A stretch of DNA of 64,000 nucleotides from Syncephalis fuscata S228 (Eukaryota; Fungi; Zoopagomycota): assembly GCA_025786725.1 (NCBI GenBank), contig JAHLTZ010000006.1, positions 248,001-312,000 on the forward strand. The letters run 5' to 3'. Positions 52,230-64,000 of the stretch are shown here, one piece after another (the stretch's first letter is position 1; the number at the start of each line of letters is the position of its first letter). Made by a program: the position numbers and the translations under genes. Below the pieces are notes generated by a model. It did not search any database. It saw only the letters and a program-made list of their open reading frames with translations, and had not been told where the DNA came from.

Positions 52230-55200
52230 CTAATGTTTAGATAAATGGCTTACATCGTGTTTGCCGTCACAGCAACGTAGTAGATTGGCAATATCTTCTT
52301 CATCCGATAGATCGTCTTCATCTAAGGAGCGATTAGGACGATGCTGGTGATGAGGACAGTTGGCTGTTGCAGTTGCATTATGAGTGGTGATGCTGCAGCC
52401 TCACTCACTGTCGATGGCGTGTGGGAGTGAAAGGCCGAGAAAAGTCGTGTCATGCTAGGCCGGCTCATAATTGATCGACTAGTCGGTGCTGTATTGCTAT
52501 GCTGTTGCATCAATGAAGCAGACCGAGTTACTGGTGTAGTGGGTGCCGATACAGTGGGTGTTGTATTACTGGTATGCGTGATGCCATAGCTGAAAGCCCT
52601 GGATGATGGCCGGTGGCAGAACGAGCACTGACCGGTGTCGGTGTCGGTATAGAATGCAATCCATTGGTGCCTGTCGTGGTCAAAGCGTTGGATGGAATAG
52701 CAATGGAAAGTGAAGGACGTGACGGTGATTGAGGCTGTCGATTAGACGCTGTTGCTGTTCTAGTAGCTGTTGTTGTGGTGTCATCTCCGTCTAAAAGAGT
52801 AATTCGTTGAAGCTGGGTCGGTGAGTTGAATAGCATACTTGTTGTTGTGCCTATTGGCGTTGCTGGACCATTAGAACGTGACTGCAAATAGGACAGTGCA
52901 CGTAGCCATATGTGATGACGGTCATCATCTTCAGCCTTAATCTTCAGGTGTCGTTTTGGCGTTGCAATAACGATATAGTAGCTGGCCAGACCGTCTGAAT
53001 GATTACCTTCAAGGAAAACACGTACCGATAGAATACAGGCGCTTTTAGCTGTAGATACTGAACGGCTAAATGTACCAACATCGGTACCTGGTGCCTTTGT
53101 ACTCCAGTAAAGCGTTTTTGTATAAGGATGGACCCAGAAGAAGCGTCGATGCTTTCGTTCACTAGTACCGCCCATAATTGAACGGGTAGTAAACTTGAAC
53201 AAGTATTCGCCAATCATTGTTTGCGTAATTGCTTGAATGACTTGTGGATCGGTGGGTGCAGCTGGTGCAAGCATTGGACGACGAGCACCAAATACTTCTG
53301 TGTAGGATGATTGCCATCCACCCATCGTTGCATTGGCCAGTGTATGGTTTTCAGGTGCCGTTTCAGCTCGTTGCCGTAATGCTGTGGCATCCGGTATACC
53401 GCCGATTGCTCGTGTAGCATTGGCTGGACGTAGACTGTTGTTGGGTTTTAGCGGTTCTGTCTTCACTTGGACCGATTGTAGTGAAGCGACACGCTGTAAA
53501 CGAACCATTTGACCATCGGCCGTTGGAGATCGTACCAGTGTTGGTCGGCTATTGCTGCGTGCTAATAAAGCAGCCGGTGGTGCTGTAGTAGGACGAGGTG
53601 GTGGCAGTTGATCAACACCCAAGTGAGTGGCTACAACAGCTTTAGCGTATTCAAGGAATACACCCGAATCGGTTTGAGCGGCTGTTGTTGTGCAGGACAA
53701 GTTTTGAAGTGTAGGTGAAACGGCATTGGCCTCCCAAGGAGCAGGATTGACATCAATAGTACGGCCATCTTCTTCACCATCAATAAGAACTGAATTACGA
53801 TCTGATACTTCAACCATTGAAACCTTGCGATTGCCCGTAAATGAAGTAAGACGACGACGTGGCTGTGGAGAAGCATTAATTGGTGTTGCTGGTTCAGGCA
53901 ACGATGTAGTGGGTGATGTAGGTGACGGTACAGTTGTATTGGTTGCTGGTGTTATTGATAGTTGTGGTGATGATGGTATTTGTCGTGTAGCAATGCCACT
54001 AATCATAGAAATGTGTGAATCTCGTTTCTGTGATGTATTTAACAATACTGGTTCTGATATGCGAAGTGGTGGTGGTGGCATGGATCGTGTCGTGGCAGTT
54101 GGTGTTGTCGAATTATCTGTTAAATTATCTTGAACCAATACAAATGAAGAATCACGTCGGTTAACATCTGGTGTTTGAGCACCTTGCTTCCATGATGGTA
54201 ATAGTTTAGGTGTCTAGATAGTAAATAAAAAAAAATATTAGTAATTAATTAATAATAAATATCAAATAATACCAAATAATAAATATTAAATGAATACCAA
54301 ATAATAAATATTAAATGAATATCAAATAATAAATATTAAATGGATACCAAATAATAAATATTAAATGAATACCAAATAATAAATATTAAATGAATATCAA
54401 ATAATAAATATTAAATGAATATCAAATAATAAATATTAAATGGATACCAAATAATAAATATTAAATGAATATCAAATAATAAATATTAAATGAATATCAA
54501 ATAATAAATATTAAATGGATACCAAATAATAAATATTAAATGAATACCAAATAATAAATATTAAATGAATATCAAATAATAAATATTAAATGAATATCAA
54601 ATAATAAATATTAAATGGATACCAAATAATAAATATTAAATGAATACCAAATAATAAATATTAAATGAATATCAAATAATAAATATTAAATGAATATCAA
54701 ATAATAAATATTAAATAATACCAAATAATAAATATTAAATGAATACCAAATAATAAATATTAAATGAATATCAAATAATAAATATTAAATGGATACCAAA
54801 TAATAAATATTAAATGAATACCAAATAATAAATATTAAATGAATATCAAATAATAAATATTAAATGAATATCAAATAATAAATATTAAATGGATACCAAA
54901 TAATAAATATTAAATAATACCAAATAATAAATATCGAATGAATATCAAATAATAAATATTAAATGGATACCAAATAATAAATATTAAATGAATACCAAAT
55001 AATAAATATTAAATGAATATCAAATAATAAATATTAAATGAATACCAAATAATAAATATTAAATAATACCAAATAATAAATATCGAATGAATATCAAATA
55101 ATAAATATCAAATGAATACCAAATAATAAATATTAAATGAATACCAAATAATAAATATTAAATGAATACCAAATAATAAATATTAAATGGGTATCAAATA

Positions 55201-58200
55201 ATAAATATTAAATGGGTATCAAATAATAAATATTAAATGAATACCAAATAATAAATATTAAATGAATACCAAATAATAAATATTAAATGAATATCAAATA
55301 ATAAATATTAAATGAATACCAAATAATAAATATTAAATGAATACCAAATAATAAATATTAAATAAATATCAAATAATAAATATTAAATGAATACCAAATA
55401 ATAAATATTAAATGAATACCAAATAATAAATATTAAATAATACCAAATAATAAATATTAAATGAATACCAAATAATAAATATTAAATGAATACCAAATAA
55501 TAAATATTAAATGGATATCAAATAATAAATATTAAATATCAAATATTAACAAAGACTTACCTCTAATGTAACTTGGACACCTACACTTGAACTCATCAAT
55601 GGTGGTCGGTGAATGGCATCGGTCTGCGTAAAAGCCACACACGTTTCAGCTTGAGGTGGTGTTGGTGCATTGACATAAACAATCTTCTCGACCTCAAACG
55701 GTACTTCTTTTATTACTTGTACTTCCTTAATTACTTCAACTGGGATCTCCACAATGGTTTCAACTTCTTTAATAACCTCCACTGGCACTTCGACTTCCTT
55801 TATGACTTCAACTGGCACTTCAACTTCCTTTATGACTTCAACTGGCACTTCAACTTCCTTTATGACTTCAACTGGTACTTCAACTTCCTTTATGACTTCA
55901 ACTGGTACTTCAACTTCCTTTATAACTTCCTTTATAACTTCTTTTATAACTTCAACTGGCACCTCGACCTCCTTTATAACTTCGCGTATAACTTCAACAG
56001 GTATTTCTTTAACTACCTCTTTTATCACCTCTATGGGTACTTCGACCTTAACTTCTTTAATTACTTCTATTGGCACTTCAATCTTGACTTCCTTGATTAT
56101 TTCAACTTCCTTGATAATCTCTAAAGGTACTTCTTTAATTACTTGCACTGGCACCTCTTTAATGACTTCAATTTCTCGTATAACTTCAACTGGTACCTCT
56201 TTGATGATTTCAACCGGTACCTTGACCTCTTTAGTTACTTCAACTTCTCTTGTTAATGGTACTTCTTTCACCACTTGAACTTCTTTAATAACCGGAACTT
56301 CTTTTATGATCTCTTTTATAATTTCGACCGGAACTTCTTTAATGACCTCGACCTCTTTAATCACAGGAACTTCTTTAATCTTCTCAACCTCTTTTATAAC
56401 TTCAACTTCTTTGATTACTGGCACTTCTACGATCTTCTCAACTTCTTTAATGACTTGCACTTCCTTGATAACTTCAAAGGGTACTTCTTTGATAACTTCA
56501 ACCTCTTTAATAACTTGTACTTCTTTAATAACTTCAACTTCTTTAATAACTTCTATTGGCACTTCAACCTTTACTTCTTTAATTACTTCTATTGGCACTT
56601 CAACTTTCACTTCTTTAATTACTTCTATTGGCACTTCAACCTTCACTTCTTTAATTACTTCTATTGGCACTTCAACCTTTACTTCTTTAATTACTTCTAT
56701 TGGCACTTCAACCTTCACTTCTTTAATTACTTCTTTAATAATCTCAATTGGTGGTATTGAGTCTAAAGCATGAGTAATAGTAGAGTCGGTTTGGGTATCA
56801 GCGTTGACAGTAGTAATATCAGCTTGTGACTCGACATTGGCCGTTTCAATGCTATCGATTATGGCAGAGCCGAAGCTTTCTGAAAGTGGCGTAGGTGCAC
56901 CAAAGAATGGTGTTGTAGCACCAGTACCAGGCGTTGACATAGGAGAGTGGACAGAAAGTTCATCAAACAAATTATTGGCTGGTGCATTGTCGCCAGTAAA
57001 GGATAGCGTAAGTGGTGTACGGGCCCGTGGCGACTGGCGATCACGGCGTTGTGAACGGCTACGATTATTGCGACGACGTCCACCGCGAAGTTTACGAAGA
57101 CGTGATTTACGTGTAGCACGACGAGCAGTTGCCGATGATTCTGGCGAAGAGCTGCGTTCAATATTATCGCCACTCTGTAATTCCTCGTCCGTCATATCAT
57201 CGCGGAATTCTGGATCGGATTCAGATGCACTTGATGCACCGTCTAAATCAGGTACTTGTGTTATATCAAGTTGATTTTGACGAATTGATTCAATTGTTTC
57301 TTGGCTTTGTTCCAACATACGACGCAGCTCTGCCTTTTCCAGCTTCTCACGATTAAGTGAAGAACGCAATGCAGCAACAGCACGATGAGCTTGGAGTAAT
57401 GACGAGTTTAGTGATTCAGATTGTAACGTTTGTACACGCATAGAAGAGCCAAGATTGGCCAAGCCTGCTTGTACATCCGGATCGTTTTCTAAATCTTCAA
57501 AATACTCTGGCAGTCCACGGGCTGTAAAGTCGTTGGCTATTCTTAGTGCATCTGCATCTGCATCTAGACCAGTAAGCTGAGAAAGATCTGGTGTCTGAGG
57601 ACGAGTATTGCTGCGTTTTTGACGAGTTGATAGCTCTTTATTCAGCTCTTCAACCTTTTTGTTAAGCTGAGCTTTATCACGTTGTAATGTATTGACTGAT
57701 TTGCGCATATCACTCATGTCTTGTTCGTGGCGCAACTTGGTACGTTCTAGCTGAAGTTGCAGCTTACTTTCTTGCTCCTTTAGCTGATCAATATTGTCGG
57801 TAGCAAGTGCAAGTGCATGTTGTGTTCGTCCATGCTCATGCGTAGCTTTTGCTAATGCTTGTTCGGTTTCTTGCATTTGGCTACGTAGCTCTTGATTTGC
57901 CAATTCCAGATTCCAGGTTGTTTCTTGAGCTTCTTCTTCAAGCTCAGTACTTCGTTTAACTTGCTTTTGTAAAAAATCAATTTCATTTTGTTGTTCATTA
58001 GACTGTGTTTCAAGTCGACTGCGTGTTTCTTCAAGCTGAATAATCTGTGTACTAAGTTGAGCAGCTTGTTGCAATAAATCATTACCAATTTCTGATGCAA
58101 GTACTAGTTGATTATGAAGCAGATTTTCCTGGCTGGTAACGGCAGCAGCAGCAGCCGCCACCGAAGGTGGTATATATGATTCTTCTTCTATTGGACGATC

Positions 58201-58863
58201 TCCGTGCTGTTCAATAGTCTTACGACGTTGTCCAGGTGTACGAGAGCCGGCGCCAGTGTTATTATTGGCATTATTTGCTGCAGCGGCAACAGCAGTTGCT
58301 GCCATATACATGTCATAATCACGTCGAAGGCCCAATAGTCGTTCAATGGCACCTGACTCCATTTTGGCAATATCTGGTGTCTCGTATCGTTCTAAACGGC
58401 CTTTTAAACCATCTATCTCTTTAAGCAGCATCTGACCAATATCTGCCGCCATACCCGCCTCTGCTTCTTTGTCCTGCACCTTTTTGCGTAGTGCGCGGAT
58501 CACCGATTCTGCATGGGTAACCGGTCCTTTTGGAGGGACTTTTGGAGGACCTAAAGCGCCACCAGCATTTGGATTATGCAGGTTCTGATGACTACGGGAT
58601 CGTCTTAAAGGCGACGGTCGTCGTCGTCGAGAATTGGCATGTGGTGAACGCTGTCCTGAAGTCTGTCGGCCACGACCTGCCGCTGACTGATCTGACGGCA
58701 CTAATAGCTGATTATTAACTTCGTTGCCTCCATTAGAGACATTTACAAATAAATTGGCCTCGTCTTCGTCCGCACTTGAGAATGATGAGACTGAAACAAC
58801 ATCGTCAGTTTCTTCTATTTGTACTGAAGGCAAATTGGTTGCCTGAACTGCCAAACTAGCCAT
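52230..58863 (-). CDS. NUM1: Num1/ApsA/Mcp5-like cortical dynein and mitochondria anchor (coiled coil, EVIKEV repeats, C-terminal PH domain)
   Basis: AADIGQMLL and LASEIGNDLL coiled-coil motifs; IQAITQTMIGEYLFKFT...RHRRFFWVHPYTKTLYWS-type Num1 PH domain; terminal RCCDGKHDVSHL. Intron 54214-55560; frameshifts near 52570 and 52355. Confidence 0.88.
54251..55547. repeat. 25-bp AT-rich tandem minisatellite (~52 units) filling the NUM1 intron
   Basis: Consensus AAATAATAAATATTAAATGAATACC. Variants end in GAATATC, GGATACC, GGGTATC or AATACC (24-mer), or carry TATCGAATG. Confidence 0.97.
55690..56745 (-). repeat. Coding tandem repeats of Val/Glu/Ile/Lys/Pro (EVIKEV / VEVP) within NUM1
   Basis: 36-bp units (KEVKVEVPIEVI x5, ~56545-56730) and 30-bp units (KEVEVPVEVI, ~55770-55920) embedded in ~350 aa of degenerate repeats. 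Confidence 0.95.
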
Positions 58864-60480
58864 GGCACTAGAATGGCCAAAGTTTGCGATAAATGTGGCT
58901 GTTCTTTAATAAACATTTAAATTAGCACCATGAACTATTCTGTTAGCACACAGCTTTGATAATACTTACAATTGATTAGTTAACGATTTACTGTCGTAGT
59001 AGTATAGTAACGTAGTATTTTAAAGCACTTGACGCGGTCAATACGTAGTGCAAACCTGCGCAACAGTACAATACGTAGATATTGCAGTGTTACAAGTGTA
59101 AAAGATGGGTGAAATGGTTGGATCTAATATGACAGCAATAGCAACAATAGGTGTTAGTCAACTGTCTTGTCCATTTAATAAATATACCCTGTATTAAATA
59201 CAGAATTGTGCTAAACATAAAGAATTTAAATCCCAATGCTTGGCAATGTAAAAAGGCACGGCAGCAAGTGTAACAAACACAACAACACTATTAATAATAG
59301 TAACAATGTCCACTTAATTACGTAGTATTATTTTCATGTTATTATACCGTAATGCTTGGCACCTAGTACCATTTTACTAGCACAATAACAACAACACACT
59401 ACTACTACCTGTACTTGCCCAGGCCGTACACATCAACAGTCTACTTACCTAGCACAATAGACAAATACGGTTGTACACGTAATGTACTACACGTCTGCCT
59501 AAAAACAAGAGGTATATTCGGTGATGGAAACGTGGATGCAATAGCACCGTGTATACATAAACGATGAATGAACGACAGATGAAATAGACGGATAGGAGTT
59601 ATAAATCAGTCCGCAACAATAGTAAAGAGGAGAACGAAGTGAGTTTTGTAGAGAAGACGGCCAAGGTTGAAACGGTGGCCTAAAACAAAAGTATGGCTTG
59701 TGTGATTAGAGGGATATAATAGAATAAACGCCACACACACACACACACATATACAACGCCAAAGAAAGTAAAGTGTAAACGATGAGTGAGCAGTAAGTGG
59801 TAGTTGGAAGGAGGAGCGATATAGAATGTGTAAGAGAGTGCGTGCGTGCGTGTGTGCGTGGGAGAGAGGAGAGATCAGTGACACGTGGATCCCTTGAACA
59901 ACAGCGTACGTACAATTCACCAAACAGTCATACAATCATACAGATAACAACAACATATGTTCATTCATACAATTTGTATACACTCAATTAATCCATGCTT
60001 ATTCATACTAATAATTGATTGGTGGGTGGGCTGTTTATAGCCACATGACTTGGACTAGGCGGCGTTTGTTAAGTGTGATGATGGTCATGGCGGAGAAAAT
60101 CATTTGATGTAATTGATTGGCTATTTGCCATGATACCAGCTTCATTTTACACACATTGTATTTTTACGCTTTGTAATTGTAATGGCAATTACTATCAATA
60201 ATATTCCTATTAATGTTACCACAAATATTGATCATAGTGTATAAAATAATACGTATGTAATATTGATCATTTATTTGCAATGCTACGCGCGAATACATTT
60301 AATATTAACACGCCGCTATACTTGAACAAACGACTATCACCGTTCTCCTTGGCGTCTTCACGAGACGCGCACTCATATAACACGTGTTTACAAAAGCATG
60401 GCTAATGCATATGGTATCTTTTTTATTATTCCAAATGCTGAGTGTTACACTTGTGTAGCATGACCATGACTCAATAACAA

Positions 60481-61776
60481 TTACAAGATGGGTTGCTGGC
60501 CAGTAAGGCGTGTGTAAACATCAATGTATTTTGCCATTGTGTCGCGAATGACGTGGTCTGGCAATTTGACGCTAGTTTTTTTGTCAAAATTGTTTTCTAA
60601 CAAATAATTGCGTAGAAATTGTTTATCAAAACTAAATTATATAATTGATAGCATTGTTAGAGGTCTTTTCTATGCATATCATTACTACTACTAAGGTTAT
60701 TTACCTTTCCTGGTCACGGCCAGCGGCATAGTCATTTAGAGGCCAGAACCGTGAAGAGTCTGGAGTAAGTACTTCGTCGGCAATGGTTAAATTGCCCGTT
60801 TCATCCATACCGAACTCGAATTTGGTATCAGCAATAATGATGCCACGTTCACGGGCAAATTGTGCCGCCTAAAGGCCAAGGTTAGTTAGCTATATATCCA
60901 TTTGCTTGTTATCACATTACCTACCGTTTGATATAAATGAATAGCAGCTGAAGCCACATTATCTGTAAGCTCGGCACCAATCATCTTTTTTACTTCATCA
61001 GGATGAATATTCTCATCTATGTTAATAAATTTAATAAAAATATTATAATTAAATCAACAATATAATGTATTTACCATGTTGGCCTATTTCTGCCTTTGTA
61101 CTAGGCGTGAATAAAGGCTCCGGTAATGCTTGACACTGTTGTAGACCAGTAGGCAATGGAATATTTGACACAGTGCCTTTTTTCTGGTATTCTACCCACC
61201 AGAGCCTAGTAATAAAGTAATAAAGTAATATTAGATTACTTATATATATATAATATAATATATATGATGTATATCTTGCCTGTAATGTAGCCGCGTACAA
61301 TTGCTTCAATAGGTAGGATTGTTAACTTGCGTACAAGTAATGAACGGCCCTCCAGTTGATCACGATATTGTTGACCGATGCGGGCATAGCGTTGATATCG
61401 GCCGTAATCAAATGGGAAGGAAGTTGGCTGGCTAGCAGTTGGAACCAAAAGACAGATAATTGCGTAAGAATCTTGCCTTTACCAGGAATGCCCTAGTAAT
61501 AAAATATAGTATAATATAACAGATTATTATATACACGCACATATATAAATATACAACAATAGATAGCCATTTGCAATATGTGTAGTTTCTTACATTCTTC
61601 ATAACGACGTCAAAAGCGCTAACACGGTCAGTAGCCACAAATAGCAACGAATTGTCGTCAACTCTATACAAGTCCCGCACCTTACCACGTGCAATCAACT
61701 CTAAAGCGGGGCATTCGCTTTGAAGTAGCGCAACCGCGGCACTGCCACTATTGTTATCAGCGCTTAGAGACGACAT
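60481..61776 (-). CDS. ADE1: SAICAR synthetase (phosphoribosylaminoimidazole-succinocarboxamide synthase)
   Basis: [90 protein letters not shown]; five introns. Confidence 0.97.
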
Positions 61777-61897
61777 ATCGGTTGGCAACAAAGTATGTAT
61801 GGTAGTCAAATGGTGTCAGTGAAGAAGAAAAGCCAAAATGTGCATCAAATAAAGATGAGATCGATAAATATCACGTGATTCCTACAAATCATTTTTA

Positions 61898-63496
61898 TTA
61901 CATATCGACTACAGTAAGTAAAGCATCGGCCAAACGCTCTCGTAAAAGTGGTAGGTAGCGTTTTAGGTTACGATAAACAATCCAGCCAATAAGTGTTCGA
62001 TTAAGTGTAGTGAATAAAATGGCTAGCATAAGTGCTTGGTAGTATCGTGCCAATGAGCTAGATAGCCATTATTATGTTACTCATGATTTATTTGTCTATA
62101 TTATTAATTGCGCTTACCGATCTGCTTCACCACTGCGAACATTAAGAAATTTACCAAAGCTTCGTTGCCAAAAATCAAGATCTTTCCAGTCAAATCGTGG
62201 CCATCCTCGACCACTTCGTACGCGTACGCCAGTATGTTCAAGTAAATCCAGCGACATAGTTAGTGTCAGTCCCCAAAGTGGTACCTCGGTATCAGGTAGG
62301 CGGATCGTTTCAAATCGCACTGCACCAAGTATCCAACAGGTGGATGCATATACAAAGCGTGCTAAACTTGCTAGAACTTTATTAGGCGGGCTGGCGTTGT
62401 TCCTGCACGCATAGCTGATGGCGATAGACTCGATGATTTGCGTCGAGATCCGGATGGTCTGGACCCACTACCGCTGCCATTACCCGCTGCTGAAGTAATA
62501 AAGCGTGGCAATAGTCGCGGTGCAATCTCTACACGAATAGCATGTGGACGTGGTGTCGACAATAAGTAGTCGATAGAGCACCAGTGCAATGATGCCACTT
62601 CTCCAGCAGATAAGGTTGGATCCGGTGTTGTAGGGGTCAGTTGCAGATAAACTATCATTAGATCGTCAGTTGCGTTGTACATCTACATATGTTTATTATA
62701 ATCGTACCAAATGGGCATAGAATTAGCAAAAGCCGTCTGCCAAAGCGCGTTGTCACCTCTCGTTCGTCTAACGCACCAACAAATGTAAATCTATGATCAT
62801 TTTGATTATTACTATTGATTATACAATTGTAATATACTTACGTATTTGATGTAATATCAAATCCAACCTCTTCTCGCGTTTCCCGTTCGGCAGCCTCTCG
62901 GTCAGTTTCCCCACTTTCTCGTTTACCACCCGGAAATGCAATCTATTTGGTGTTAATTGCAGCACATATATTTACACCAATGTTACCTGGCCTGACCAAG
63001 GATCTTGTGGATTCGACGTACGGCGAATAAACAATAGCTCTGCCTTGCCCGATTTAACCCATGGCACTATTATCTATTAGTAAACTGATTACTATTATCA
63101 AGTATCCTATAGCTTACGGTTGAAAAAAGTAGTCAAATCCGTGTTATTAGCAGATGATGGCGACGACAATTCTAGATATGGTTTTGTGGTTAGTATAGCT
63201 ACTTTAACAGCTCTATTTGTTAGAATACACTAACGCCTCTCTAAACTAGTCGATAAACATATATATCCATAACACTCATCTATTGCATATAGATGGTAGC
63301 TCACCTTGAATAGGAATGTCATCGATAGGAATGGTGGGTACAACTCTTAGGATCGCGGCTACACTAGCACGCTTTCGACAAGCAGACGGCGATGGAATAC
63401 GCCATGTGTCGGTGCGTCGCAACGAATGACAGAGCGCATCCAAATGTTCAATAGAGCCTGTTGTTGCAGTGGACGTAGAGGGGCAGAAGTTGCCAT
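61898..63496 (-). CDS. Nudix hydrolase (CoA-pyrophosphatase-like subfamily) with a C-terminal membrane anchor; frameshift near 63450
   Basis: KRASVAAILR, ELLFIRRTSNPQDPWSGQ|IAFPGGKRESGETDREAAERETREEVG (Nudix box), LWGLTL. Last exon 61898-~62057 reads RYYQALMLAILFTTLNRTLIGWIVY. Confidence 0.85.
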
Positions 63497-64000
63497 GATA
63501 ACTTCGGCAGACCAAGTAGTCAGGACGAAAACACGCGTGCACAACCAATAACAGTTGACTATAAATGAATTACCTGACTAAATGCCTAAATATATAGTTG
63601 TGATGACATATAATAGTAATGAATTAGAAAGATGCTGTCAGCAAACAGAGCTGTAGTACGTGTGTTTACAAGAGATATAACATGAAAGAAATAAGACAAA
63701 TAACTGACTGGGCTACACCTCGTTTAATTAACTGAAATAGCCAATGGAATCGGCAGTGGAAGATCCGATATGGTGGGTAATTGTGCGCCCGATGCAATAC
63801 TATGTTTTGTTTCCTATTAATACTGGTTATTTAGTTGAATCGACTGCACTAGAGGTCTTTATACTTTTTTTATTACTAAATACAATAAAATATATTAATC
63901 ATATTGTAATTTACTAAGAGGATGCAAAAGCACTATATTTTGCATTTATTTATTCATTAATTGTATGTTGAATTTAGTACTGTGTACTGATCGTGTTTGT

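Noticed and set aside
54251-55547. CRISPR-like array
   Set aside because: Units are head-to-tail with no unique spacers, there are no cas genes, and the array lies inside a eukaryotic intron. It is a minisatellite.
55609-57356. Plus-strand ORFs with TSLITSTG or FNFLYDFNW repeats
   Set aside because: Antisense shadows of the EVIKEV coding repeats of NUM1.

Overview
Eukaryotic, AT-rich, intron-dense fungal DNA with mostly 40-100 nt introns. The gene content and intron style suggest an early-diverging (zygomycete-grade, possibly Zoopagomycota) fungus; this is inference. About 19 spliced protein genes can be reconstructed by eye: gamma-adaptin (3' end), CDC16/APC6, two Whi5/Nrm1-like repressors, a class-C-like 7TM receptor, a TALE homeobox factor, two convergent TVP38/DedA paralogs, TIM17, an F-box/WD protein, RAS, SUV3, RAD51B, an M36 fungalysin, RAB11, a Chp1-like chromodomain protein, a Num1/ApsA-like PH protein, ADE1 and a Nudix hydrolase. 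There is also a tRNA-Ser(GCT). The main non-genic structures are (1) a ~1.46 kb, ~98% identical inverted repeat pair bracketing a 15.1 kb gene block, (2) a Mutator-like element with TIRs and unusually long ~70 bp flanking direct repeats, (3) a 25-bp intronic minisatellite, and (4) a dense ACGCGT (MCB) cluster around the tandem Whi5-like genes. RAS needs a 2-nt micro-exon, and several introns use GC donors. Many genes carry single missing-base frameshifts, most likely assembly errors. All calls come from manual reading and motif recognition; no searches were run.
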